DNA of 64,000 bases, from positions 81,635 through 145,634 of the forward strand of contig CAWKBR010000005.1 in the NCBI GenBank assembly GCA_963847875.1, given 5' to 3'. The translations under genes were made by a program, and so were the position numbers. Of this stretch, positions 42,456-51,370 are shown one piece after another. Origin of the DNA: an uncultured Planctomycetota bacterium (lineage in GTDB: Bacteria > Planctomycetota > Planctomycetia > Pirellulales > Lacipirellulaceae). The notes beneath the pieces were generated by a model that saw only the letters and a list, made by a program, of their open reading frames with translations, searched no databases and was not told the origin of the DNA. The first letter of the stretch is position 1. Each line of letters starts with the position of its first letter.

Positions 42456-42526
42456 CTGTCGCCTTCGCAAAACCTCGGGGTTTTTCTCGAAGGCGACACG
42501 CCGGGCCGAAGGCGACAGGTTTTTTC
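42456..42526 (+). terminator. Rho-independent terminator-like structure downstream of the CBS gene
   Basis: GTCGCCTTCG (42458-42467) pairs with CGAAGGCGAC (42488-42497), enclosing AAAACC-TCGG-GGTTTTT. A second CGAAGGCGAC arm follows and is trailed by AGGTTTTTT. Confidence 0.5.
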
Positions 42527-42873
42527 ACCCCCGTGTAGGATGCAGGATTCAGGATGCGGGGTACAGCGATGGGACTTCGTGCTGGAGTCTGGTCGGTGCG
42601 CAGCGGTAGCGCCGCCGCCGACACTTCTTGCATCGGCAGACCCTGAGCGCTTGGCGAACGCTGACTTCGCCAGCTGCTTTGTTTCGATTTATCAAAGAAC
42701 AAGTGAGGGGGCAGGATTCGGGATGTAGGATGCAGGGGCCGAACTTCGTGCTAGTCTTGCCGCCTCACACGCGATTGGGTAGTTGCTAGGCGCTGGTCGG
42801 TAGGCGCTGGTTTCGGCGCTGCTAACCAGCGCCTAGTGCCTACAGCCTTGCGCCTGTATCTTCTCCCCCCACC

Positions 42874-44128
<1,255 letters not shown>

Positions 44129-44551
44129 CTAATTCTTGGAACATACAAGCCACGGAGGACACCGAGAAGGCTGTTAACCGCCGATGAACGCGGATGGACG
44201 CGGATGGGGAAGAATGGCCACAGAGGGCAGCGAGGACACGGAGGAAAAAGAGGAACGCTGATCGGCGCGAATCAGTGCTGATAGGATTTGGCGGAGAGCG
44301 GAAGGGGAGCAACTGGGGAAAGCGATGAACGATGAGTGATAAACGATAAGTGACGGAGTGCGGAGGGAGCAACTGAGGCCGAGCAAGTGTCGCTCGCCGA
44401 GCCGACCAATTCTGCGAATCGGTGCCCGCAGGCGCATAGCGACACGCGGTAGACATTGTCCTCCGAGTTCCGAGCTGGCGAGGATAAAGGCCGAGGGCGG
44501 TAGTGATTGGAATCAAGAAGGGCGGAGAGGCAATCCGTTGGGCAGCAATGA

Positions 44552-44579
44552 CTTGGCAAAACATCAAACCGCGGTTTGC
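44552..44579 (+). repeat. 28-nt direct repeat with palindromic core, left copy (upstream of globin gene)
   Basis: CTTGGCAAAACATCAAACCGCGGTTTGC has the palindromic core AACCGCGGTT. It matches the copy at 45385-45412 at 25 of 28 positions. Confidence 0.6.
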
Positions 44580-44796
44580 TGCTGCACCAGCCGGACTGGT
44601 CCCGGCGGGATGGGTGGCGCCGGATCTCGGCGCCGGACCGCGGCGAATGTGTTGCTGAGCGGCAGTTTGCCGAGTGGCGTACATACGCCACGTGGGCCGC
44701 AAGTATGCCGTCGGCGTGTCGAATAACGTATATAATGCCAGCGCGGTACATGGATTGTCCATCTGGCCGCCGAAGCATTTTTGCTATCTTGAATCA

Positions 44797-45228
44797 ATGA
44801 TGACGGCCCGAGACAGCCATCTGGTGGAAGCAACCTGGTCGCGCGTGATGGCGCGAGAAGCCGAAGCGGCGGCCTGTCTCTATCAATGCCTGTTTGAGTC
44901 GAAGCCAGAGTACCGACGATTGTTTTCGGTTGACATGGCGGAGCAAGGCTACAAGTTGATCCACATGATCGACGTGGCAGTCGTTGGCCTGCGAGCTTTC
45001 GATCAGGTAGTGCCGGCACTTGAGGATCTGGGCCGGGCACACGTTACATCTGGCGTAACAGCCCAGATGTACGGCCCCATGGGTGAGGCGCTGATGGGGA
45101 TGCTGCGTCAAATGCTTCAGGATGGATTCACGCCCGAGGTGGAGCATGCATGGCGTCAAGCTTATCGACACGTAGTCGACACGATGCAGCCGGCTGCCGC
45201 GGTCGGGGGACAATCATCACCCGGATGA
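44797..45228 (+). CDS. Single-domain globin family protein
   Basis: LVEATWSRVMAREAEAAACLYQCLFESKPEYRRLF...QGYKLIHMIDVAVVGL...LEDLGRAHVTSGVTAQMYGPMGEALMGML...FTPEVEHAWRQAY is a globin-fold pattern with a proximal His in GRAH. Confidence 0.75.
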   Translation: MMTARDSHLVEATWSRVMAREAEAAACLYQCLFESKPEYRRLFSVDMAEQGYKLIHMIDVAVVGLRAFDQVVPALEDLGRAHVTSGVTAQMYGPMGEALMGMLRQMLQDGFTPEVEHAWRQAYRHVVDTMQPAAAVGGQSSPG

Positions 45229-45384
45229 TCATCCGCCCCCATGACCCTAGCGGAGAGCTGAGAGTCGAGAGCCATTCCCCAACACCGCTGGGGACTGTCC
45301 CAATTCTTCGGAGCGGTCACCATGCGCAGCATGGCCGGAGGAAAATGGAACTGTTCCCCTCGCCTTTCGGTTTTGAAACTGCTG

Positions 45385-45412
45385 CTTGGCAAGAGATCAA
45401 ACCGCGGTTCGC
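45385..45412 (+). repeat. 28-nt direct repeat with palindromic core, right copy (downstream of globin gene)
   Basis: CTTGGCAAGAGATCAAACCGCGGTTCGC lies 833 bp from the left copy. Confidence 0.6.
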
Positions 45413-45506
45413 CACCCAAGGATGGCCGTGTCCAGATCGCTCCACGGAATGCCTGAATGTGGGCTGGCTCAGATGAAACGCCCTGCTTCAGCTTGACAAC
45501 ACCCGC

Positions 45507-46814
45507 TCATCTGTTCGACTTCGGCAGCAGCGACCGCGCCGCAGCTGACAGCGAGGCGGCGTCGCGTACGTTCACGATCTCTTCCATGATTCGAACTCGA
45601 CGAGCGATCTCTTCGAGATCGTTGGTCATGTTGGCCGGGCCACGCCAAGCGTCCGGGAAGAATACGTCGTCTTTTCTCCGCAGTGGGTATGCTCCGAGCC
45701 GCGTGAAGCGCGACCGCACCCATTCTTTCTGAGCCTTCTTGTGCGGGCGGAGTTCAACCTGCATTTTACGTCGGCGTATAAACACTTTGACACGCACTCC
45801 AGCACCGCCATGCTGTGGTGTGAGATCGGCTTCCACGGCAAGTTCTGCCGCGTCGAGTATTTTCGGCGGGTCGAACGCGAGGTGGGGGAATTGGGCCGCG
45901 ATCGCGAGGAGTGGGATGGCCAGACCCTTGCCGATCATTCCGTCCCTTTTATCGTTCCGGTCGGCTGCCTTGCCTGGGTCACAGACGTAAGGCAGGTCGA
46001 ACCCCCGACGGCGTTCCCAGTCGCCTTTAGCACGGAACATCTCGCCGTGGTGGCCTGCGACACGATTATCCACTGACATCAAGCCGTGGACGAACTTTAG
46101 CAGCAAGGCTTCGAGTGCGAATGCTTGCTGCTCACACTCGACCCACGCCTCGATGCGGCAGATGTCTGCCTGGCGGTAGCCATCCCCAATCAATTTCGAC
46201 AGACATCGGAGGTGACTATCGCCGAACGTGGATTCGTCCACTCTCGTCGCGTCGGTGAAGTGAGCGAACAGCCGCCGGCCAGTACCCTTGCCGACATAGA
46301 ACACGCCACCGCTATCGGGGTCGCGAAGAGTGTAGACGTAGTAGCGTCCCAATCTTGCTTCGATCTCTCGCAATTGGGCTTCAGTTGTTTCGGCGTCGAT
46401 ATCGAATCCGGCAACATAGTCGTCGCGTCCCCGAGCGCGGAACCGTTCGGCGTTTACCCCCTCAACGCGATTCGTCAAATTGCTGATGCCGTAAACACTG
46501 CGGATCAGGTACGCCTCGACGGCAAATGCCGTCCGCTCGTCCATGCGTCGAGCGACAATCCGTGCAATCTGGGTGTGGTCGAAACCCTTTTGTCTCAACT
46601 CCGCAACACGTGAGAGGCGTTTAATAAAGCGGTCGGATTCAGCGTCGTCGAGGACGGAACGCGTGTCACAACCTACGACATTTCGATCGTCCTCCACTGC
46701 AAGTCGCTCGGCCGTTCTGAAATGGCTCTGGAGGCGATTATCCAGCCCCTTCCCGATGTAGAAGGGTGTGTTATCCCGAGTAGGATCGATCAGTGCGTAA
46801 ACGTATTGCCGCAT
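45507..46814 (-). CDS. Protein with two tandem GIY-YIG-like nuclease modules plus a ~170-aa C-terminal region of unknown function
   Basis: Module 1 is YVYALIDPTRDNTPFYIGKGLDNRLQSH...ERTAFAVEAYLI...NLTNRVEG. Module 2 is YVYTLRDPDSGGVFYVGKGTGRRLFAH...EQQAFALEALLL...VDNRVAG. The ORF is intact at 435 aa, starting from the ATG at 46814. Confidence 0.7.
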   Translation of the reverse strand: MRQYVYALIDPTRDNTPFYIGKGLDNRLQSHFRTAERLAVEDDRNVVGCDTRSVLDDAESDRFIKRLSRVAELRQKGFDHTQIARIVARRMDERTAFAVEAYLIRSVYGISNLTNRVEGVNAERFRARGRDDYVAGFDIDAETTEAQLREIEARLGRYYVYTLRDPDSGGVFYVGKGTGRRLFAHFTDATRVDESTFGDSHLRCLSKLIGDGYRQADICRIEAWVECEQQAFALEALLLKFVHGLMSVDNRVAGHHGEMFRAKGDWERRRGFDLPYVCDPGKAADRNDKRDGMIGKGLAIPLLAIAAQFPHLAFDPPKILDAAELAVEADLTPQHGGAGVRVKVFIRRRKMQVELRPHKKAQKEWVRSRFTRLGAYPLRRKDDVFFPDAWRGPANMTNDLEEIARRVRIMEEIVNVRDAASLSAAARSLLPKSNR

Positions 46815-46849
46815 AAGAGGGAACCCGGGGACATTCGACTTCCACGTGG

Positions 46850-46878
46850 ATTGTAGCGTGGCTCTGGGCGGCTGGCAA
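46850..46878 (-). promoter_or_regulatory. Near-consensus sigma70-type promoter for the GIY-YIG gene
   Basis: On the minus strand, TTGCCA (46878..46873) is followed by a 17-nt spacer and TACAAT (46855..46850). This sits about 36 nt upstream of the ATG. Confidence 0.55.
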
Positions 46879-46992
46879 AGCGAGGGATGGTGTCGGCCGG
46901 CGAAGCAAAAAGAAAGGGGGAAGGGGGAAGGCGGAGTGGCGGGTGCGATGAGCAATGAACGATGATCGACGTCGGCAGCGACCACGAGTGCG

Positions 46993-47089
46993 TCACGCGT
47001 CGATGGTGACCTGGTCGTAGAACTTGACGTAGTCGTCGCGCTCGTCGCTGGCGAGGAACTGGATCGCGGCTCGCGGGTGGAGGTTCATT
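46993..47089 (-). pseudogene. Detached, diverged copy of the last ~31 codons of the aldolase-like gene
   Basis: It translates as MNLHPRAAIQFLASDERDDYVKFYDQVTIDA*, against MNLHPRAAIQFLASDEKRDYVKFYDQVAIDA* at 47383-47479. There are about 10 mismatches in 98 nt. It has no upstream coding continuation. Confidence 0.8.
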
Positions 47090-47131
47090 CCCGCGATGGC
47101 CAAAAACATGACGAAGGAAGATCAGATGCAA

Positions 47132-47350
47132 TCACGATGCGCGGACCCGCGTCGTGTGCAGCACGATCGGTTGATCGGCGGGCAAGGGCACCATTGCGTA
47201 TGTCTTTCCCTGATCGTCGGAGAATTCCACTACAAAGACGCCCGGCGATAACGTCTCGACGATTGTGCCCACCTGCCCGCGTACTAGCCCATTGGTCGGC
47301 AAATCAACACTGAGTGCGACTACGTCCAAGAGTTCGATGGGGCGGTTCAT
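47132..47350 (-). CDS. DUF4926-like small protein (72 aa)
   Basis: MNRPIELLDVVALSVDLPTNGLVRGQVGTIVETLSPGVFVVEFSDDQGKTYAMVPLPADQ fits the DUF4926 pattern (dvV.L..dLP..gL..G..GtIVe....yeVEF.d..G.t). An alternative ATG is at 47365. Confidence 0.65.
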   Translation of the reverse strand: MNRPIELLDVVALSVDLPTNGLVRGQVGTIVETLSPGVFVVEFSDDQGKTYAMVPLPADQPIVLHTTRVRAS

Positions 47351-47382
47351 GCGGTCACCTGCCATTTGCGAGTCGTCCCGTG

Positions 47383-48369
47383 TCACGCGTCGATGGCGAC
47401 CTGGTCGTAGAATTTGACGTAGTCGCGCTTCTCGTCGCTGGCGAGGAATTGGATGGCGGCGCGGGGGTGGAGGTTCATTTGGCCCGTGATGTTGTAGGGC
47501 ACGGAGGGGCCCCAATTGAGCGTGGCCTTGAGCGGCTCGATGTGGCTTTGCAGCAGCTCGATCACCGGCCGGAGGCGGAACTTTGGGTTGCGCAGGAAGC
47601 CCAGTAGCAGTTCCGTGTGGCAGTTGCCGGCGCCGCGGCCGAGGCCGCCCATCGTGGAGTCGACGCGGTTGGCGCCGAGGATGATCGCCTCGATCGTGTT
47701 GGCGAAGGCGAGCTGCAGGTTGTTGTGGGCGTGCATGCCGATGTCTTTGCCGGTGCCGGCCATCGCCTCGGAGTATTTCTTGTAGAGGCGATCGATCTGT
47801 TCGCGGAAGAGGTGGCCGAAGCTGTCGACGATGACCATCGTGCCGGCGTTGGTGGGGGCGATGGCGGTGAGCACGGTGTCGATCTCGACGTCCTCGACGT
47901 TGGTGACGGCCATCAGGTTGGCGGTGGTTTCGTAGCCGAGCTCGTGGCAGTGCTCGATCATCTCGACGGCCTCGGAGACCTGGTGGGCGTAGAAGGCGAC
48001 GCGGATCATGTCGAGCACGCTTTCGCTGCGCGGGACGATCGCGTGCTTCCAATCGCTCTTGCCGCCGGCGTCGGCCATGCAGCTGAGCTTGAGGCCGGTC
48101 GTGTCGGCGTCGTGGCCGGCGAAGACGCGGTTGAGGTCGGCCTCGTCGCAGCGCATCCAGGGGCCGTGCGTCTCCTTGGGGAACTGCTTGGCGGAGTTCT
48201 TGTAGCCGACTTCCATGTAGTCGATGCCGGCCGCGATGCAGGTATCGTAGACGGCGCGGACCAGCTCGTCGGTGAATTGATGATTGTTCACCAGGCCGCC
48301 GTCGCGGATGGTGCAATCGAGGACCTTGAGCTCGGGGCGGTAGGTGATCCAGGCAGCAGTTTCGGCCAT
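47383..48369 (-). CDS. DRE-TIM metallolyase / HMGL-like aldolase family protein
   Basis: LKVLDCTIRDGGLVNNHQF...GIDYMEVGY...MIVDSFGHL...GMHAHNNLQLAFANT...DSTMGGLGRGAGNCHTELL is the HMGL-like (pyruvate carboxyltransferase) domain signature. The ATG at 48369 is preferred to the ORF-track start at 48879. Confidence 0.75.
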   Translation of the reverse strand: MAETAAWITYRPELKVLDCTIRDGGLVNNHQFTDELVRAVYDTCIAAGIDYMEVGYKNSAKQFPKETHGPWMRCDEADLNRVFAGHDADTTGLKLSCMADAGGKSDWKHAIVPRSESVLDMIRVAFYAHQVSEAVEMIEHCHELGYETTANLMAVTNVEDVEIDTVLTAIAPTNAGTMVIVDSFGHLFREQIDRLYKKYSEAMAGTGKDIGMHAHNNLQLAFANTIEAIILGANRVDSTMGGLGRGAGNCHTELLLGFLRNPKFRLRPVIELLQSHIEPLKATLNWGPSVPYNITGQMNLHPRAAIQFLASDEKRDYVKFYDQVAIDA

Positions 48370-48757
48370 AAAAACCCTCAAGAAAGCGAAGCGACGAAGA
48401 GTCTCCGCGGCCGCCGGCGTACGGCGATCGCCTAGAAAACATAGCATAACAGCGCGACGAGGCCCACGGGCGGGCGATCGCGGCAGAAGAACTGCAAAGT
48501 CCCAAGGCGAAGGGGTCAGGTCCACGTTTTCGGCCGACGGCGGTGTGGTTGGGGCGAAGCCCGTGGGCCGAAAAATGGACCAGACCCCGACTTTGCAGTG
48601 CCAGTTGTTTGTGCCGAGTTTAGCTGTTATTGTCGAAGTTAGGTTTTCACACTGCCGCAGCGGGCCGGCCCAGGGGGTTCGATCTGGTCGAGGCGGTTCG
48701 TCGTCGAGGCGGCTCATCTCCATCTTCTTGGTCTGCACCTCAGGTGTTGCTCTACCC

Positions 48758-51193
48758 ATGCGAAACGAAATGCGACGGTCTGGATTGAATTTGCCACCGG
48801 TGTCACACTGGCTTTTTGCGGCTTTTTTGGTGGTTGGCGCGATCGCGGCGGCGCTCGTCGCGGACAGAGCTTCGGCCAAGTTGATCGGCGAATTGGTCGA
48901 CGTCAGCCAGGATTTCCAGGATCGCGATTCGACCTATTTCGTTGCCGGGCCGATCACCAAGTTCGACGCCCAGACGGGCGAGGGCGAGCTGCGTTGGCAG
49001 CGCTACGTCCGCCAGCCGAGCCTGTCGTTCAACAAGCTCGACACGCCGTTCGTCCGCGGCAAGTCGACCGAGTTTCCCGGCACGCAGTACGACCGCGATC
49101 CACAGTTGCCGTTCGCGATTTCGTTCATCGATCCGCGGACGGTGCGGCTGCGATTTGCGTCGCGCGACACTCCGTTCAAGGAGCGCGAGTCGCTGATGAT
49201 CCCCGGCAAGCTGCCGAGCGACGACAGTTGGAAGGTCGCGGAGCAGGACGGCACGATCACGTACACGTCGAGTGCCGGCCGCGTCGAAATCGTGAAGAAA
49301 CCCTGGCAGATTCGCTTCTACGACGCGAGCGGCAAACTGCTCACGCAGACGCAGACGCTCAGCGACCCGGCGACCTTCTCGGCCCCGACGCCGTTCTCGT
49401 TCGTTCGCCGGGCGCGCGACCTGGGCCGGAGCATGGCCGCCAGCTTCAAGCTCTCGCCGGATGAAAAAATCTTCGGCTGCGGCGAATCGTTCACGCGGCT
49501 CAACAAGCGGGGCCAGAAGATCGTGCTCTGCGTCCGCGACGCGATGGGCGCCCAGAGCCAGCGGATGTACAAGCCGATTCCGTTCTTCATGAGTAGCCGC
49601 GGCTACGGCATGTTCGTCCACACCAGCACGCCGACGACGTTCGACTTCGGCCAGGATTTCGACCAGTCGAACGTGATCTACACGGGCGACGATGAGCTCG
49701 ACCTGTTCGTGTTCCTCGGTTCGCCGAAGCAGGTGCTCGAAGAATACACGGCGGTGACCGGCCGCAGCCCCGTGCCGCCGCTGTGGTCGTTCGGGCTGTG
49801 GATGAGTCGGATCACTTACAACAGCGAGGCCCAGGTCCGCGACGTGGCCCAGAAACTCCGCGAGCACAAGATCCCGGCCGACGTGATTCACCTCGACACC
49901 GGTTGGTTCACGACCGACTGGCAGTGCGACTTCAAGTTCGACCCGACGCGGTTCCCCGACCCGGCGAAGATGATTTCCGATCTGGCGAAAGAGGGCTTCC
50001 ACGTCAGCATGTGGCAGCTGCCGTACTTCACGACCAAGAACGCGCTCTTTCGCCGAGGCGGCTGCGAAGGGCTACTTCGTCAAGAATGCCGGCGGCGAGT
50101 TGCCATTCGAGGATGGCATCATCGACATGAGCAATCCCCAGGCCCGGGCCTGGTACGAGGGGCTGCTCACGGGGCTCTTGAAGCTGAAGGTCGGCGCGAT
50201 CAAGGTCGACTTTGGCGAAGATGCGCCGATGGACGGCGTGTATGCCTCGGGCCGGACCGGTTGGTACGAGCACAACTTGTATCCGCTCCGCTACAACAAA
50301 TTGGTTTCCGATCTGACGGAGAAAATCACGGGCAATCGCATCATCTGGGCCCGCAGCGCGTGGGCCGGCAGCCAGCGCTATCCGCTCCACTGGGGCGGCG
50401 ACGCGGAAAACACCGATTCCGCGATGGCGGCCTCGTTGCGGGCCGGGCTGTCGTTCGGGCTCTCGGGATTCACCTATTGGAGCAACGACGCGGGCGGCTT
50501 CGTGGGCAAGCGCCGCGCGATCTATACCGCCGCTGGTTGCCGTTCTGTGCCCTCATCTCCCACACCCGCTGCCATGGCGCCCCGCCGCGCGAGCCCTGGG
50601 AATATGACGAGGCGTTTACGGACGACTTCCGCAACACGATTGACATGCGCTACCGGCTGATTCCTTATATCTATGCTCAGGCCAAGAACAGCTCCGACCA
50701 CGGCTATCCGCTCGTGCGGGCGCTGTTCTTCGAGTTTCCCGACGATCCGACGTCTTGGTTGATCGAGGACGAGTACATGCTGGGCTCCGACTTGCTGGTG
50801 GCCCCGCTGTTCGTCGAGGGGGACCAGCGCAAGGTGTACCTCCCGCCCGGCGATTGGATCGACTATCAGACCGAGAAGAAATATGAGGGCGGGCGCTGGC
50901 ACGAGATCGTGGCCGGCGAAGTGCCAATCGTGGTACTGGTCCGCAGCGGCGCGGCGATTCCGCGGGCCGCGGTCGCCCAGAGTACGGGCGACATCGATTG
51001 GGAGAATCTCGAATTGCGGGTGTTTAGCAGCGACGGCAGCCCGGCGACCGGTCTGGTGGCCCTGCCGGCCGGGAATGTGCATGAAGTGCGCGTTGCCCAG
51101 GGTGCGGACGGCAAGTTCCAGGTGCAAAACGACCCGTTGGGAGGCGATGTCGCCTGGACGATCATGGATTCATCGGCCGGCGGCGCCAAATAG
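48758..51193 (+). CDS. Glycoside hydrolase family 31 (alpha-xylosidase/alpha-glucosidase-like); compensating indels at ~50051 (insertion) and ~50511 (deletion)
   Basis: FGCGESFTRLNKRGQKIVLCVRDAMGAQSQRMYKPIPFFMSSRGYGMFVH...PLWSFGLWMSR...HLDTGWF. The segment ...ALF | AEAAAKGYFVKNAGGELPFEDG...AIKVDFGE...LHWGGD...GGFVGK | PRDLYRRWLPF... is read in the frame of ORF 50100..50660. The protein has an N-terminal TM/signal segment. Confidence 0.85.
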   Translation: MRNEMRRSGLNLPPVSHWLFAAFLVVGAIAAALVADRASAKLIGELVDVSQDFQDRDSTYFVAGPITKFDAQTGEGELRWQRYVRQPSLSFNKLDTPFVRGKSTEFPGTQYDRDPQLPFAISFIDPRTVRLRFASRDTPFKERESLMIPGKLPSDDSWKVAEQDGTITYTSSAGRVEIVKKPWQIRFYDASGKLLTQTQTLSDPATFSAPTPFSFVRRARDLGRSMAASFKLSPDEKIFGCGESFTRLNKRGQKIVLCVRDAMGAQSQRMYKPIPFFMSSRGYGMFVHTSTPTTFDFGQDFDQSNVIYTGDDELDLFVFLGSPKQVLEEYTAVTGRSPVPPLWSFGLWMSRITYNSEAQVRDVAQKLREHKIPADVIHLDTGWFTTDWQCDFKFDPTRFPDPAKMISDLAKEGFHVSMWQLPYFTTKNALFRRGGCEGLLRQECRRRVAIRGWHHRHEQSPGPGLVRGAAHGALEAEGRRDQGRLWRRCADGRRVCLGPDRLVRAQLVSAPLQQIGFRSDGENHGQSHHLGPQRVGRQPALSAPLGRRRGKHRFRDGGLVAGRAVVRALGIHLLEQRRGRLRGQAPRDLYRRWLPFCALISHTRCHGAPPREPWEYDEAFTDDFRNTIDMRYRLIPYIYAQAKNSSDHGYPLVRALFFEFPDDPTSWLIEDEYMLGSDLLVAPLFVEGDQRKVYLPPGDWIDYQTEKKYEGGRWHEIVAGEVPIVVLVRSGAAIPRAAVAQSTGDIDWENLELRVFSSDGSPATGLVALPAGNVHEVRVAQGADGKFQVQNDPLGGDVAWTIMDSSAGGAK

Positions 51194-51370
51194 TGCCGTC
51201 GGCCACGATTGCCTGCGCCGCCCTCTCAATTTGGTCTCGTCCCAACGTACTTGGGGAGAATTCACCATGGATCGCGTCGACCCGGCTCCTCGACAGTCAC
51301 CGCGACCGCATGTTACTCCCAATTCATTCTCTTGTCGCTCCGACACTCGTTTAACCAAAACATAGTTGCC

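Noticed and set aside
48344-48757. N-terminal 138-aa extension of the GH31 ORF, and the similar extensions at 2468..2626, 33523..33627 and 48370..48879
   Set aside because: These extensions overlap divergent promoter regions or neighbouring genes and have no signal or motif content. Internal ATGs with signal peptides or conserved N-termini give family-typical lengths.
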